Source: Porticoccaceae bacterium
Lineage (GTDB): Bacteria > Pseudomonadota > Gammaproteobacteria > Pseudomonadales > Porticoccaceae
Direction of reading: 5' to 3'
Assembly (NCBI GenBank): GCA_041622675.1
Contig: JBFJYH010000002.1
Coordinates: 16,566-80,565, forward strand
Length of the DNA: 64,000 bases
The notes beneath the pieces were generated by a model. That model did not search any database. It saw nothing but the letters and a program-made list of their open reading frames with translations, and was not told the DNA's origin. The position numbers and the translations under genes are program-made. Below, piece after piece: positions 28,977 to 39,629 of the stretch. Each line of letters starts with the position of its first letter. Within the stretch, counting starts at the first letter, position 1.

Positions 28977-28982
28977 AATGAT

Positions 28983-29603
28983 TTAGCCAACAATGGCCAA
29001 TAATTCAACATCAAAAACCAGTGTGGCGTGGGGGCCAATAGCACCGCCAGCCCCTTTCTCACCATAGGCCAGAGCAGAGGGTACGTACAAACGCCATTTC
29101 GCGCCTTCTTGCATCAATTGCAGTGCTTCTGTCCAGCCGGCAATGACACCATTGACGGGGAATTCTGCAGGTTCCCCACGATCGTAAGAACTGTCAAACA
29201 CAGTGCCGTCAATCAACGTACCGTGGTAGTGGGTACGCACTTTAGCTGTGCCACTAGGCGTAGCGCCCTTACCTTCACTTAATACTTCGTACTGCAGCCC
29301 CGACGCAGTAACCGTAATACCATCGCGCTTAGCATTTTCAGCGAGAAATTTAACGCCCTCGGCTGATAATTTTTCCGCCTCTTGCGCCTGCTTTTTTTGT
29401 ACCCGACCATTGACTTCTTCAAAAGCGGCCTTCATTACTTCAGCATCCACCTGAATGGGCTGACCAGTAAATGAATCGCGAATCCCCTCAATAACAGCGT
29501 CCAAGACGAGCTCATCAAAGGGACTGCCAGCCAATTGATCGCCCATCTGGCGACCAATGCCGTAGCTAACTTGTTGTTCAACGGTGGTAAATTTGTCAGA
29601 CAT
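28983..29603 (-). CDS. fklB: FKBP-type peptidyl-prolyl cis-trans isomerase
   Basis: The product is 206 aa from the internal ATG. The N-terminal dimerisation region is MSDKF..SYGIG. The C-terminal FKBP domain reads YHGTLIDGTVFDSSY...GGAIGPHATLVFDVELL. Confidence 0.85.
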   Translation of the reverse strand: MSDKFTTVEQQVSYGIGRQMGDQLAGSPFDELVLDAVIEGIRDSFTGQPIQVDAEVMKAAFEEVNGRVQKKQAQEAEKLSAEGVKFLAENAKRDGITVTASGLQYEVLSEGKGATPSGTAKVRTHYHGTLIDGTVFDSSYDRGEPAEFPVNGVIAGWTEALQLMQEGAKWRLYVPSALAYGEKGAGGAIGPHATLVFDVELLAIVG

Positions 29604-29764
29604 AAAATCTTTACTCAGCAAAATAAAACCGCATGTTAACACGACACGACCCAACAAAACTGCGCCAAAACAATCGACTATTCCTCGTTGAGCTGCCCGC
29701 TATTTTAATGTTGAATGAACATCCCATTTTTAAACCCAATTTATTAACTTAAACAGGAAAAATA

Positions 29765-30529
29765 ATGACTGAATCGATCAGAGGAAAAGTTGCCCTCGTA
29801 ACTGGTGCCGCCGGTGGCATCGGTGCTGCTGCAGCAGAAATATTTGCTCAAAAAGGCGCAAAAGTAGTGGTCTCCGATATCAATGCTCAGGGCGGTCAAG
29901 CAACCGTCGAGCGCATCATTAGTGCCGGTGGTGAAGCGGTGTTTCAGCCCTGCAATGTGGCCATAGAAGCCGACGTTATCGCGCTGGTAAAAAAAGCGGT
30001 AGACACTTACGGGCGGCTCGATATTGCCTTTAATAACGCCGGCGTTGAAGGCGAAGCGGCCACCACACCCAATTGCAGTATTGAAAACTTCGATCTGAAT
30101 ATTGACGTCAACTTAAAAGGCGTGTTCATGTGCATGAAGTACCAGATCAATCAGTTTCTCGCCCAGGGCGACGGTGGCGCCATTGTTAACACCGCCTCGG
30201 TGGCCGGGCTGGTTGCCGCCAAAGGTGTACCCGCCTACGTCGCCGCTAAACACGGCGTCGTAGGCCTGACCAAAACAGCTGCCATTGAATTCGCCAAGAA
30301 AGGCATTCGTGTTAACGCGGTGTGCCCTGGCGGTATTCGCACTGAAATGTTGCAACGCGCCCTCGACGAAAAGCCCTGGGTCGAAAAGCAACTACTTAAG
30401 CTACAACCCATTGGTCGCCTCGGCGACCCAGCTGAGGTGGGTAAGGTCGTGGTCTTTTTATGCTCTGACGACGCTTCTTTTGTCACCGGTCACGCCATGC
30501 CTGTTGACGGTGGTTGTGTGGCAATATAA
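29765..30529 (+). CDS. SDR-family oxidoreductase
   Basis: It has the cofactor motif TGAAGGIGAA, NNAG, and the catalytic YVAAK. Confidence 0.88.
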   Translation: MTESIRGKVALVTGAAGGIGAAAAEIFAQKGAKVVVSDINAQGGQATVERIISAGGEAVFQPCNVAIEADVIALVKKAVDTYGRLDIAFNNAGVEGEAATTPNCSIENFDLNIDVNLKGVFMCMKYQINQFLAQGDGGAIVNTASVAGLVAAKGVPAYVAAKHGVVGLTKTAAIEFAKKGIRVNAVCPGGIRTEMLQRALDEKPWVEKQLLKLQPIGRLGDPAEVGKVVVFLCSDDASFVTGHAMPVDGGCVAI

Positions 30530-30612
30530 GCCCATAGGCAAGTTAGCTGATGCTGACTTGCCTTGCTCCCATCTCTTAACTTATCCACTCAACATTAGAA
30601 GGAAAAAGTACT

Positions 30613-30987
30613 ATGGATTTTGTCGCCTTTGTCACTCTACTATTACTCGCTCAATACGTTTTTTTTACCGCCATGGCCGGCAAGGCTCGCGATGAGTTCG
30701 GGGTTGAAGCTCCCGCCACCACGGGCAATGATATTTTCGAACGAACGCTACGCGTACAACTCAACACACTTGAGCAGTTAGTCGTCACCCTACCGGCAAT
30801 GTGGCTTTGTGCCCACTACTTCAGTGCCAGTTTTGCAGGCATCATGGGGCTGGTGTTTTTCGCTGGTCGCATGCTCTACCGCAAAGCGTACATTGCCGAC
30901 CCCAGCACCCGTGGTACTGGCATGATGATGGGCTTTGTTGCCAATGTGTTGCTTCTAATTTGTGCCATTCTTGGCATCATCTTCTAA
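30613..30987 (+). CDS. MAPEG-family membrane protein
   Basis: The 124-aa product has about four hydrophobic helices. The RVQLNTLEQL and RMLYRKAY motifs fit bacterial MAPEG/GST-like proteins. Confidence 0.6.
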   Translation: MDFVAFVTLLLLAQYVFFTAMAGKARDEFGVEAPATTGNDIFERTLRVQLNTLEQLVVTLPAMWLCAHYFSASFAGIMGLVFFAGRMLYRKAYIADPSTRGTGMMMGFVANVLLLICAILGIIF

Positions 30988-30993
30988 CACACC

Positions 30994-31048
30994 ATTCAAC
31001 ATTAGCAGCAAGCCCTTACGAGTGAAGACCTTACTGCTAATGTTGAAT
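30994..31048. terminator. Long hairpin after the MAPEG gene
   Basis: A perfect 15-bp stem ATTCAACATTAGCAG/CTGCTAATGTTGAAT has a 25-nt loop. It starts 7 nt after the stop. Confidence 0.5.
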
Positions 31049-31080
31049 TAACACGATTGATTTGCTAAGTTCTCACTACA

Positions 31081-31096
31081 TTGACGTTAACGTCAA
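31081..31096. promoter_or_regulatory. Perfect 16-bp palindrome TTGACGTTAACGTCAA, a candidate operator
   Basis: The palindrome is read directly from the sequence. It lies about 100 bp upstream of the carboxylase beta-subunit gene. Confidence 0.45.
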
Positions 31097-31195
31097 CGAA
31101 ATAACACAACATTAGAATAAGAGAACACTGAATTAGCACTACCCCTTGTTCTAGACTCCTCGGGGGCAATAAAGGCCCTCTCAAAGAGACGCCCT

Positions 31196-32797
31196 ATGAG
31201 CCGTATTCAATCATCAATCAACCCCCAATCTGCCACTTACAAAGAGAACGCCGAACACTACGCAAAACTGCTCGAGCAGCTGCGAGCACGCCATAGCGAA
31301 GCCGCCACTGGCATTCGAGAAAAACTTATCGAGCGCCATCGCGAGCGCGGCAAAATGCTCGCCCGTGAGCGCATTGACCAATTGCTCGACAGCCACACGG
31401 CTTTTCTTGAACTCTCCCCCCTCGCCGCCTACGGGCAGTACAAAAACGAGGTACCCTCGGCGGGCATTGTGACCGGCATTGGGCAAATCTGCGGCGTGAC
31501 TTGCATGATTATCGCCAACGATGCGACGGTAAAAGGCGGCTCCTTTTTCCACGAAACGGTCAAAAAACACGTCCGCGCCCAGGAAATTGCCGATCAAAAC
31601 AACTTGCCCTGCATTTATCTGGTCGACTGTGGCGGTGCTTACCTACCCGAACAAGACCGCGTGTTCCCCGACAAAGAGCATTTTGGCAATACCTTTTATC
31701 GTCAGTGCCAGATGTCGGCCAAAGGTCTGCCGCAAATCTCGGCGGTATTTGGTGGCTGCACGGCAGGCGGCGCCTATATTCCCGCTCTGTCCGACGAAAA
31801 TATTATGGTGCGTGGCAATGCGCGGATTCATCTCGGTGGACCATCCATCGTCAAGGTCGCCATTAATGAAGAAATCGACGGCGAAACCCTTGGCGGTGCT
31901 GAAATGCACAGTAAAGTGTCGGGAGTGAGTGACTATCTCGCCGACGATGAGAACGAAGCCCTGGCGCGGATTCGCGAAATCATGGCCAAGCTCAACTGGC
32001 CAACCAAGTGTTACGCCGATACTCGCCCGGCGCTACCACCACGCTACAGCCCGGAAGAGCTGCCCGGTGTGGTCAGTGCCAACCCGAAAATGCCCTACGA
32101 TGTGCGCGAGATTATCGCGCGACTCGTGGACGACAGTGATTTCCACGAATACAAACCCCTCTATGGCGACACCCTGGTCTGCGGCACCGCCTATATTCAC
32201 GGCTACCCAGTGGGCTTAATCGGTAATAACGGCGCACTGTTTTCAGAATCTTCTTTAAAAGGTGCCCACTTTATTGAGCTGTGTAATCAGCGCAATACGC
32301 CCTTGTTATTCCTGCACAACATCACCGGCTTTATGGTGGGGAGTGAAGCCGAGCGCGGCGGCATCGCCAAAAACAGCGCCAAGTTTGTTTATGCGCAAGC
32401 CACATCTCGCGTCGCCAAATTTTCAGTGATCGTCGGTGGTTCCTACGGTGCCGGCAATTACGGCATGGCTGGTCGCGGTTTCTGGCCACATTTTTTATTC
32501 ACTTGGCCCTCGGCCAATTGCGCGACCATGAGCGCCGATATCGCCAGCAACGTGATGACCGAATTACGTCGCTCCAGCATTAAAGGCGGTGCTGCCACAG
32601 ACGAAGAGTTGCAGGGCATTGAAGACGGTGTACGCGCCCAGTACGGCGAACAGAGCGACCCCTACTACGCTACATCGCGCCTTTGGGATGACGGCATTAT
32701 TGAACCCGCTGACACTCGCGATGTACTGGGCCTGTGTTTGGCATTGGCCGCCGCTAAAGAGCCGGAAGCTGGGCCATCACCGGTTTACCGCATGTGA
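31196..32797 (+). CDS. Acyl-CoA carboxylase carboxyltransferase (beta) subunit, methylcrotonyl-CoA/geranyl-CoA carboxylase type
   Basis: The 533-aa product is a carboxyl-transferase domain protein with the size and sequence pattern of MccB, LiuB or AtuC. The alpha subunit follows it. Confidence 0.85.
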   Translation: MSRIQSSINPQSATYKENAEHYAKLLEQLRARHSEAATGIREKLIERHRERGKMLARERIDQLLDSHTAFLELSPLAAYGQYKNEVPSAGIVTGIGQICGVTCMIIANDATVKGGSFFHETVKKHVRAQEIADQNNLPCIYLVDCGGAYLPEQDRVFPDKEHFGNTFYRQCQMSAKGLPQISAVFGGCTAGGAYIPALSDENIMVRGNARIHLGGPSIVKVAINEEIDGETLGGAEMHSKVSGVSDYLADDENEALARIREIMAKLNWPTKCYADTRPALPPRYSPEELPGVVSANPKMPYDVREIIARLVDDSDFHEYKPLYGDTLVCGTAYIHGYPVGLIGNNGALFSESSLKGAHFIELCNQRNTPLLFLHNITGFMVGSEAERGGIAKNSAKFVYAQATSRVAKFSVIVGGSYGAGNYGMAGRGFWPHFLFTWPSANCATMSADIASNVMTELRRSSIKGGAATDEELQGIEDGVRAQYGEQSDPYYATSRLWDDGIIEPADTRDVLGLCLALAAAKEPEAGPSPVYRM

Positions 32798-32861
32798 TGA
32801 CACATCCTCTGCTCACTAAAAACGCTTCCCTCTTGCCCTTATTCAAGGTGTGTCTGCCCCT

Positions 32862-34898
32862 ATGATTAAATCATTGCTCGTTGCCAACCGTGGCGAAATT
32901 GCTGTGCGTATCATGCGCACGTGCCAAAAGCTCGGCATCCGCGCCGTTGCCGTTTATTCCGAGGCCGACCGCTACGCTCGCCACGTCGCCCAGGCTGACG
33001 AGGCTGTGCTAATCGGCCCCGCCGAAAGCGCCCAGTCTTACCTAAAAGCCGAAAACATTATTGCCGCAGCTCAACAAACCGGTGTCGATGCCATTCACCC
33101 CGGCTATGGTTTTCTCTCTGAAAGCGAGGCTCTAATCAGCCTGTGCGAGCGCGAGGGCATTATCTTTGTCGGCCCCAATCGTGAGGCCATACGGGTAATG
33201 GGCTCAAAGATAGAATCCAAAGCTCTGGCGCAAAATGCCGGTGTACCGACCATCCCCGGTTATCACGGTGCTGACCAATCCGAAGCCACACTATTAAACG
33301 CAGGCGACAACATCGGTTATCCGCTGATGATTAAAGCCAGTGCCGGGGGCGGCGGTAAAGGTATGCGCCAGGTCGACAACAGCGAACAACTGGCCCGGGA
33401 ACTGCCACAGGCCAAACAGGAAGCACTCGCCGGGTTCGGCGACGACAAGGTCTTACTCGAAAAACTGATTGAAGAACCTCGCCATATTGAAGTGCAACTG
33501 GCCGCCGACCACCACGGCAATACCGTGCACTTATTCGAGCGCGAGTGTTCGATTCAACGCAACCACCAAAAAGTGATCGAAGAAGCGCCCGCTGGCTTTC
33601 TCAGTGATAAACAGCGCCAGCTGCTTTTCTCCAGCGCCATCACCCTCGGGCAGGCCGTTAATTACGACTCCCTCGGCACCGTCGAGTTTTTGCTCGACCA
33701 AAGCAATGGCGAAGTGTACTTCCTCGAAATGAACACTCGCCTGCAAGTTGAACACCCCGTGACCGAAGCCATTACCGGCTTTGATTTGGTCGAGTGGCAA
33801 ATACGCATCGCCGCCGGTGAAAACCTGCCCTGCGCGCAAGGTGAAATCACCTGCACAGGCTGGGCCATTGAAGCCCGCGTCAACGCTGAAGACCCCGCCA
33901 ATAATTATCGCCCCCAAACCGGCACCATCACTCTCTACAGTGAACCCGACGACAGCGACGTGCGTATCGATAGTGGCGTGCAGGCCGGCTCTGTGCTCGG
34001 GCCTTATTACGACCCCATGCTGGCCAAAGTCATTGGCATGGGCGACAACCGCGAGCAGGCGCGCAGTGCCTTGCTACGCGGTATCGACAACTACACATTA
34101 AGCGGTGTGGGTACTAATCTCAGTTTTTTAGCCGATATTCTGCGCCACCCCAGTTTTGTCGACAAAGCCCTAACCACACGTTTTTTAGACGAGTCTTTCA
34201 GCGGCGGCTGGCAGGCGAAAAGCACCGACAGCAAGACGCTTATTTGCGCGGCCATTGCACGCATTATGTTGCTTGAAAAACGAAATACGCAGGAGCATCA
34301 CTCTCCCTTCAAGACACTCGGTGCCTTCCGTGTCCTCAACAGGGCTGGCCTGGCGGGGCAGAGCCGCATCATTTTAAAAAACGAACTTGATGACACGAGC
34401 AGTATTCACCTTCTCACAATCAGTGGCTCTCAGGGAAATTACCAGCTCAACGCGCAAATCATCGGTGAAGACGACGCCACCAATGACCACACTATTCTCG
34501 CTGGCTGGATAGGCGAACAACGCCTGCAAGTTGAAATTGACGGCCATAGCCAGAGTTTTGATATCGACAACACGGACCATGCCATCACCCTCACCGATAA
34601 AGGCGCCAGCCAGCGCTACCTCTACCTCAGCGAGCAAGATCTCGCACTGGGCAAAGGACAGAATGCCGATGGCGGCGATAGCAATATTACCGCCTCGCTA
34701 CCCGGCCAAGTGGTCGAAATCAACGTTGCCAGCGGCGCAAGCGTCAACAGTGGCGACACGCTGGTGGTACTCGATTCAATGAAACTGCTGCATAATCTCA
34801 CCGCCGCGACCGACGGCGTGGTCGGCGAAATTTTTTGTAGTGTTGGCGACAGTGTTGAAGGCGGTGCCATGCTGCTTGAAATTAGGCCCGTTGAGTAA
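32862..34898 (+). CDS. Acyl-CoA carboxylase biotin-carrying (alpha) subunit, methylcrotonyl-CoA/geranyl-CoA carboxylase type
   Basis: The biotin carboxylase N-terminus is LLVANRGEIAVRI, followed by an ATP-grasp domain. The C-terminal biotinyl domain carries an SMKL lysine motif. The start may instead be the GTG at 32850. Confidence 0.88.
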   Translation: MIKSLLVANRGEIAVRIMRTCQKLGIRAVAVYSEADRYARHVAQADEAVLIGPAESAQSYLKAENIIAAAQQTGVDAIHPGYGFLSESEALISLCEREGIIFVGPNREAIRVMGSKIESKALAQNAGVPTIPGYHGADQSEATLLNAGDNIGYPLMIKASAGGGGKGMRQVDNSEQLARELPQAKQEALAGFGDDKVLLEKLIEEPRHIEVQLAADHHGNTVHLFERECSIQRNHQKVIEEAPAGFLSDKQRQLLFSSAITLGQAVNYDSLGTVEFLLDQSNGEVYFLEMNTRLQVEHPVTEAITGFDLVEWQIRIAAGENLPCAQGEITCTGWAIEARVNAEDPANNYRPQTGTITLYSEPDDSDVRIDSGVQAGSVLGPYYDPMLAKVIGMGDNREQARSALLRGIDNYTLSGVGTNLSFLADILRHPSFVDKALTTRFLDESFSGGWQAKSTDSKTLICAAIARIMLLEKRNTQEHHSPFKTLGAFRVLNRAGLAGQSRIILKNELDDTSSIHLLTISGSQGNYQLNAQIIGEDDATNDHTILAGWIGEQRLQVEIDGHSQSFDIDNTDHAITLTDKGASQRYLYLSEQDLALGKGQNADGGDSNITASLPGQVVEINVASGASVNSGDTLVVLDSMKLLHNLTAATDGVVGEIFCSVGDSVEGGAMLLEIRPVE

Positions 34899-34960
34899 GC
34901 CTTTTTACTACCACGTTAACCCTTAACCTCCAACCCAACCCAGACAAGCTGAGGACAACC

Positions 34961-36112
34961 ATGAACCAACTGTATTTTTCTGAAGAACAAAACATGCTAC
35001 GTGAGCAAATCCGCCGCTTTGTCGAGCAAGAGATCGTACCCAACGGTGATGCCTGGGAAGAGGACGGCTTTGTACCCCGCGAGGTACTGCGCAAAATGGG
35101 CGACCTCGGCTTTTTGGGTATTCGCTACGGTGAGGAGTACGGCGGCAGCAATATGAACACCCTGGGCAGCGTAATACTTGCTGAAGAGCTGGGCCGTTCC
35201 AGCTTTGGCGGTTTTGCGGTCACGGTCATGGTACACACCGACATGGCCTCCCCCCACCTGGAGAACTTCGGTAACAAAGCCCAGAAAGACAAGTATATGC
35301 CCGACCTTATCAGTGGCAAGAAAATTTGCGCCGTGGGCGTGACTGAACCCGATGCCGGCTCAGACGTTGCCGGTATGCGCACCACAGCGGTGGAAGATGG
35401 CGACAGTTATGTGCTCAATGGCAGCAAAATGTTTATTACCAACGGAGTTAAAGGGGATGTTTACTTTGTCGCGGCCAAAACTGACACCACGGTCAAGTCG
35501 TCACGTGGCATCACCATTTTTATTGTTGAAAAAGGTATGCCCGGTTTCACTGTTAGCCGCGCTCTCGACAAGCAGGGCTGGCGCAGTTCCGATACCGCCG
35601 AACTGGTTTTCGATAACTGCCGAGTACCCAAAGAAAACATTCTCGGCGAGCTGAATAAAGGCTTTTACTCCATCATGCGCAACTTCCAGAACGAGCGCAC
35701 GGTACTGGCCGCCCAATCGATTGGTGAAGCAGCCAAAGCCTTGGAAATTACCCTGCAATACGTACAGGAGCGCAAGGCCTTTGGTGAAACCCTGTGGGAC
35801 AAGCAAGCTATTCGTCAACGCCTAGCCATGCTACAGGCCAAGGTCGAAGCGGGTCGCCAGCTCACCTATCACGCTGCCTGGCTCGACGCGATGGGTCAGG
35901 ATTGCGTCAAAGAAGTCTCTATGGCGAAAGCGTTCTGCTGCGAATTGGTGAACGAAACTATGTACACCTGTCAGCAATTCCACGGTGGTTTTGGCTACAT
36001 CCGCGAGAGCACCATTGAGCGTATGGTACGAGATGCCCGTGTGCAAAGTATTGGCGGCGGTGCCACCGAGGTGATGCTGGAAGAAATTTCTAAGCGCTCT
36101 ATTATCGCTTAA
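34961..36112 (+). CDS. Acyl-CoA dehydrogenase
   Basis: The 383-aa product has ACAD motifs: GVTEPDAGSD, FITNG and GGG.TE..LE.I. Confidence 0.88.
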   Translation: MNQLYFSEEQNMLREQIRRFVEQEIVPNGDAWEEDGFVPREVLRKMGDLGFLGIRYGEEYGGSNMNTLGSVILAEELGRSSFGGFAVTVMVHTDMASPHLENFGNKAQKDKYMPDLISGKKICAVGVTEPDAGSDVAGMRTTAVEDGDSYVLNGSKMFITNGVKGDVYFVAAKTDTTVKSSRGITIFIVEKGMPGFTVSRALDKQGWRSSDTAELVFDNCRVPKENILGELNKGFYSIMRNFQNERTVLAAQSIGEAAKALEITLQYVQERKAFGETLWDKQAIRQRLAMLQAKVEAGRQLTYHAAWLDAMGQDCVKEVSMAKAFCCELVNETMYTCQQFHGGFGYIRESTIERMVRDARVQSIGGGATEVMLEEISKRSIIA

Positions 36113-36133
36113 ACCTGAAGGCAGTACAGTGAC

Positions 36134-36160
36134 AAAAAACCGGGCTACCCCCGGTTTTTT
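36134..36160. terminator. Bidirectional intrinsic terminator
   Basis: The sequence AAAAAACCGGG-ctacc-CCCGGTTTTTT lies between the convergent ACAD and prmC genes. Confidence 0.8.
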
Positions 36161-36217
36161 GTTCAACATCTGCTCAATTACTCAGCATTTTCTCAATTAA
36201 AAAGCCAGCGCATTATT

Positions 36218-37060
36218 TTAAAAATAGCCAAGGCTCAATCGTTCGCGCCCTGCCAAATCTTGCCGGGTTGATACTTGCCTATACCCTGCATCACGGAGCA
36301 CATGACACACAGCGCCAGCCTGTTGATAGCCATGTTCAATCAATAAACAGCCGCCTTGCTCTAAATAACGTTTCGCCTCAGTAATAATAATACGGATATC
36401 GGCCAGCCCCTTATCGCCAGATACCAGAGCTGACTCTGGTTCAAAACGGACATCACCCTCTTTTAAATGCTGATCATTAACATCGATATAGGGGGGATTA
36501 GTGACGACAAGGTCGAAGGCCTGTGGCGCAACACTCTCAAGCCAGTTGCTGAGTATCACATTGACATTATTCAGACCTAAACGTTGACGGTTTGCTTCGG
36601 CGAGAGCGACAGCTTCGGGCACGATATCGACCGCCATTATTTGCCAGCCTGGGCGCTCACTCGCCAGTGCCAGTGCGATAGCGCCCGTGCCCGTGCCCAA
36701 GTCGAGAACCCGCGCATCGGGCTTATCAATGACACTAAGCGCTGTTTCAACTAAAACTTCTGTATCGGGCCGGGGGATTAGGGTCGCCGTATTAACCGCC
36801 AGAGGGAGTGACCAAAACTCTTTTTCGCCCGTTAAATAGGCTATAGGTTCGCCTTCAGCCCGGCGCTTTAGAAGGTTATAAAATTGTTGGCTCGATGTTG
36901 CATCAAGTGCTTTTTCTGGCCAGGTAAAAAGATAGCTGCGCGGTTTATCGAGCACATGACAAAGCAGCACTTCGAGATCGAGACGCGGGCTATCACTGAC
37001 ACCTTCGAGCATCGAAGCCAGACGCAGCAACTCAGCGATGCTAGCTTTTTCTACTGGCAT
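36218..37060 (-). CDS. prmC: Release-factor glutamine N5-methyltransferase
   Basis: It has the SAM motif LDLGTGTGAI and the NPPY motif (VTNPPYI). It lies downstream of prfA. Confidence 0.92.
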   Translation of the reverse strand: MPVEKASIAELLRLASMLEGVSDSPRLDLEVLLCHVLDKPRSYLFTWPEKALDATSSQQFYNLLKRRAEGEPIAYLTGEKEFWSLPLAVNTATLIPRPDTEVLVETALSVIDKPDARVLDLGTGTGAIALALASERPGWQIMAVDIVPEAVALAEANRQRLGLNNVNVILSNWLESVAPQAFDLVVTNPPYIDVNDQHLKEGDVRFEPESALVSGDKGLADIRIIITEAKRYLEQGGCLLIEHGYQQAGAVCHVLRDAGYRQVSTRQDLAGRERLSLGYF

Positions 37061-37090
37061 TTTTTCGTCAGCCTTTTTTCAGCTGCTTTT

Positions 37091-38173
37091 TTATTCGGCC
37101 AACGCCGCCAGTTGTTCGGTCTGGTATTCCGCAATTAAAGGCTGAATAACCTGCCCCAAATCACCTTGCATAATTTCGTCAATTTTATACAACGTCAGAT
37201 TAATGCGGTGATCTGTCACGCGACCCTGGGGAAAATTATAGGTGCGAATTCGCTCAGAGCGATCGCCACTGCCGACCAGGCTACGGCGCAAATCTGATTC
37301 TTCCTGGGATTGTTGCTGTTGCATGCCATCCATAATGCGAGCCTGTAACAGGGACATGGCCCGCGCTTTGTTCTTGTGCTGAGAGCGTTCATCCTGACAT
37401 TCAACCACGATGCCGGTCGGCAGGTGGGTTAAGCGAATAGCCGAATCCGTTTTGTTGACGTGCTGACCACCCGCGCCCGAGGCCCGAAAGGTGTCGACGC
37501 GCAGGTCAGCTTTATTAATTTCCACCGCTTCAACTTCATCGGCCTCTGGCAAAATAGCCACGGTGCAAGCCGAGGTATGCACACGGCCCTGGGATTCTGT
37601 CTCGGGTACGCGCTGCACGCGATGAGCCCCCGACTCAAATTTAAATTGCGAAAACACATCCTTGCCGATAATGCGCACAATCACTTCTTTATAACCACCG
37701 TGATCACCGTGACGTTCGCTGACGATCTCTACCTTCCAGCCCTGGGACTCCGCATAGCGTGAATACATGCGGTACAAATCACCGGAAAATATCGCCGCTT
37801 CATCACCACCGGTGCCGGCTCGGATTTCAAGAAATACATTGTGTTTATCGTTGGGGTCTTTCGGCAACAGAAGCGTTTGCAACTCTTTCTCTAAACCCGC
37901 CAGTTCTGTCTCACCCGTGCGCATTTCCTCTTGCGCCAGCTCACGCATATCAGGGTCGCTGTCTTTGAGCATGGATCGAGCCTCATCAATGCCCTCAGAT
38001 ACCTGCATAAACTGCTGATAGGCCTTGCTCACCGGCTCCAGCTCGGCGTATTCCATTGACAGACCGCGAAAACGGTTTTGATCACCAATCACTTGCGCGT
38101 CACTCAGCAAGTGACCGACCTCGTCAAAACGCTCGACAAGACGATCCAGTTTTTCTAATAGCGAAGCTTTCAT
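37091..38173 (-). CDS. prfA: Peptide chain release factor 1
   Basis: The 360-aa product has the GGQ motif ([14 protein letters not shown]) and a PxT-type decoding region. Confidence 0.95.
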   Translation of the reverse strand: MKASLLEKLDRLVERFDEVGHLLSDAQVIGDQNRFRGLSMEYAELEPVSKAYQQFMQVSEGIDEARSMLKDSDPDMRELAQEEMRTGETELAGLEKELQTLLLPKDPNDKHNVFLEIRAGTGGDEAAIFSGDLYRMYSRYAESQGWKVEIVSERHGDHGGYKEVIVRIIGKDVFSQFKFESGAHRVQRVPETESQGRVHTSACTVAILPEADEVEAVEINKADLRVDTFRASGAGGQHVNKTDSAIRLTHLPTGIVVECQDERSQHKNKARAMSLLQARIMDGMQQQQSQEESDLRRSLVGSGDRSERIRTYNFPQGRVTDHRINLTLYKIDEIMQGDLGQVIQPLIAEYQTEQLAALAE

Positions 38174-39519
38174 GGTTCGTCCCTTTTTTTAACATCTGCA
38201 TGAACGACATTCGCGCCTTGCTCTTGTCGGTCATACCGTGGCTGACTGTCAGCGGGCGCGCTTTCACCCAGTGCCGGCAAATCAAATAAATCGTGAGCCC
38301 AGCGAACATAGTCGCCATCACCTTGCTCACCCGCCCTCTTCAGACGCGTCGTGGGCACATGTAAAAACTTATTCGTGAGGCCATGGGCCAATTGGCGCAG
38401 CACCTGTTCCGCTGCCTGGCCCTGGGCAATCGATGACAGAGCTTTGTCGAGTTCCACATCGCGCAACGCGGCGAAGTTGTCGCGAAAGGCGCGAATCGTA
38501 CCCACCGCTTGCTGGCCGCGCAATTGGTTTTGCCAGTTAATCACACCCTGTTGAATAAAGGCCTCGGCCTGTCCAGCGGCATCTTCACGGTGACGCAAAT
38601 TGGCTTCGATCACTTCTTTTAAATCATCAACGGTGTACAAATAGACGTCATCGAGCTGGGCAACCTGAGGCTCAATATCGCGAGGCACCGCAATGTCGAC
38701 CATAAATATTGGCCGGTGTTTACGCCGCTTTAACGCCGACTCCACCGCGCCCTTGCCCAAAATCGGTAACTGGCTGGCGGTCGAGGAAATAACAATATCT
38801 GCTTGATGCAAGTGGGCGGGGATATCCGATAGCAAAATCGCCTCAGCAGAAAATTGCTCTGCCATTTCCTGGGCTCGAGCCAAGGTGCGATTGGCCACCA
38901 CAATATCGCCGACCCCCTGTTCACGCAGATGCCGGGCCAATAACTCGACCGTTTCTCCCGCGCCAATCAATAACGCACTGACTTCTCGCATCGAGCTAAA
39001 AATGCGTTGCGCTAAACTGACAGCGGCATACGCCACCGACACTGGGTTTTGGCCAATTGCCGTTTCACTGCGCACTCGCTTAGCAGTGGCAAATACATCC
39101 TGAAACACCTGAGACAAAAGTCCACCGGCGGTGCCCGCTTTTTGAGCGACCGCATAACTAGATTTCATTTGGCCAAGAATTTGTGGCTCACCCAGCACCA
39201 TGGAGTCGAGGCCACTAGCAACTTTCATCATGTGTTCCACGGCTTTATCATTCTTCAGCACGTAACAACTACTATCCAGCGCATTCGCAGGCAAATCATG
39301 GTGTGCCACCAACCAGGACAATAACGCGTCGGAGTCAACATTACCGCAGGCGTAAAGCTCGGTACGATTACAGGTCGAGAGTACCGCCAAACTGTCTGCG
39401 CCACTGGCCTCACGCCCCTGCTGCAGGCTTAGAACCATTTCATCAGGCGCAAAGGCAACCCGCTCACGAACATCGAGGCTTGCTGTGCGGTGGTTGATTC
39501 CTAGGGCAATCAGGGGCAT
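38170..39519 (-). CDS. hemA: Glutamyl-tRNA reductase
   Basis: The N-terminus is [13 protein letters not shown], and [10 protein letters not shown] and the NADPH motif GAGE are present. Its stop overlaps the prfA start. The C-terminal tail is somewhat long. Confidence 0.93.
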   Translation of the reverse strand: MPLIALGINHRTASLDVRERVAFAPDEMVLSLQQGREASGADSLAVLSTCNRTELYACGNVDSDALLSWLVAHHDLPANALDSSCYVLKNDKAVEHMMKVASGLDSMVLGEPQILGQMKSSYAVAQKAGTAGGLLSQVFQDVFATAKRVRSETAIGQNPVSVAYAAVSLAQRIFSSMREVSALLIGAGETVELLARHLREQGVGDIVVANRTLARAQEMAEQFSAEAILLSDIPAHLHQADIVISSTASQLPILGKGAVESALKRRKHRPIFMVDIAVPRDIEPQVAQLDDVYLYTVDDLKEVIEANLRHREDAAGQAEAFIQQGVINWQNQLRGQQAVGTIRAFRDNFAALRDVELDKALSSIAQGQAAEQVLRQLAHGLTNKFLHVPTTRLKRAGEQGDGDYVRWAHDLFDLPALGESAPADSQPRYDRQEQGANVVHADVKKRDEP

Positions 39520-39629
39520 AAAGGGCCAATATGGATATGTTTCACAATCGCAACCATGAACTTAAGGTCTCATAGTTGTCACAATTATACTTACTACTCG
39601 CTAAGGCAACAGCCCGGAATCACTTAACT

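Noticed and set aside
38170-38290. Unusually long hemA C-terminus overlapping prfA as a possible fusion or recoding site
   Set aside because: The tail is a short hydrophilic extension ending in a normal stop with the common ATGA-type overlap. No slippery sequence or second domain is visible.
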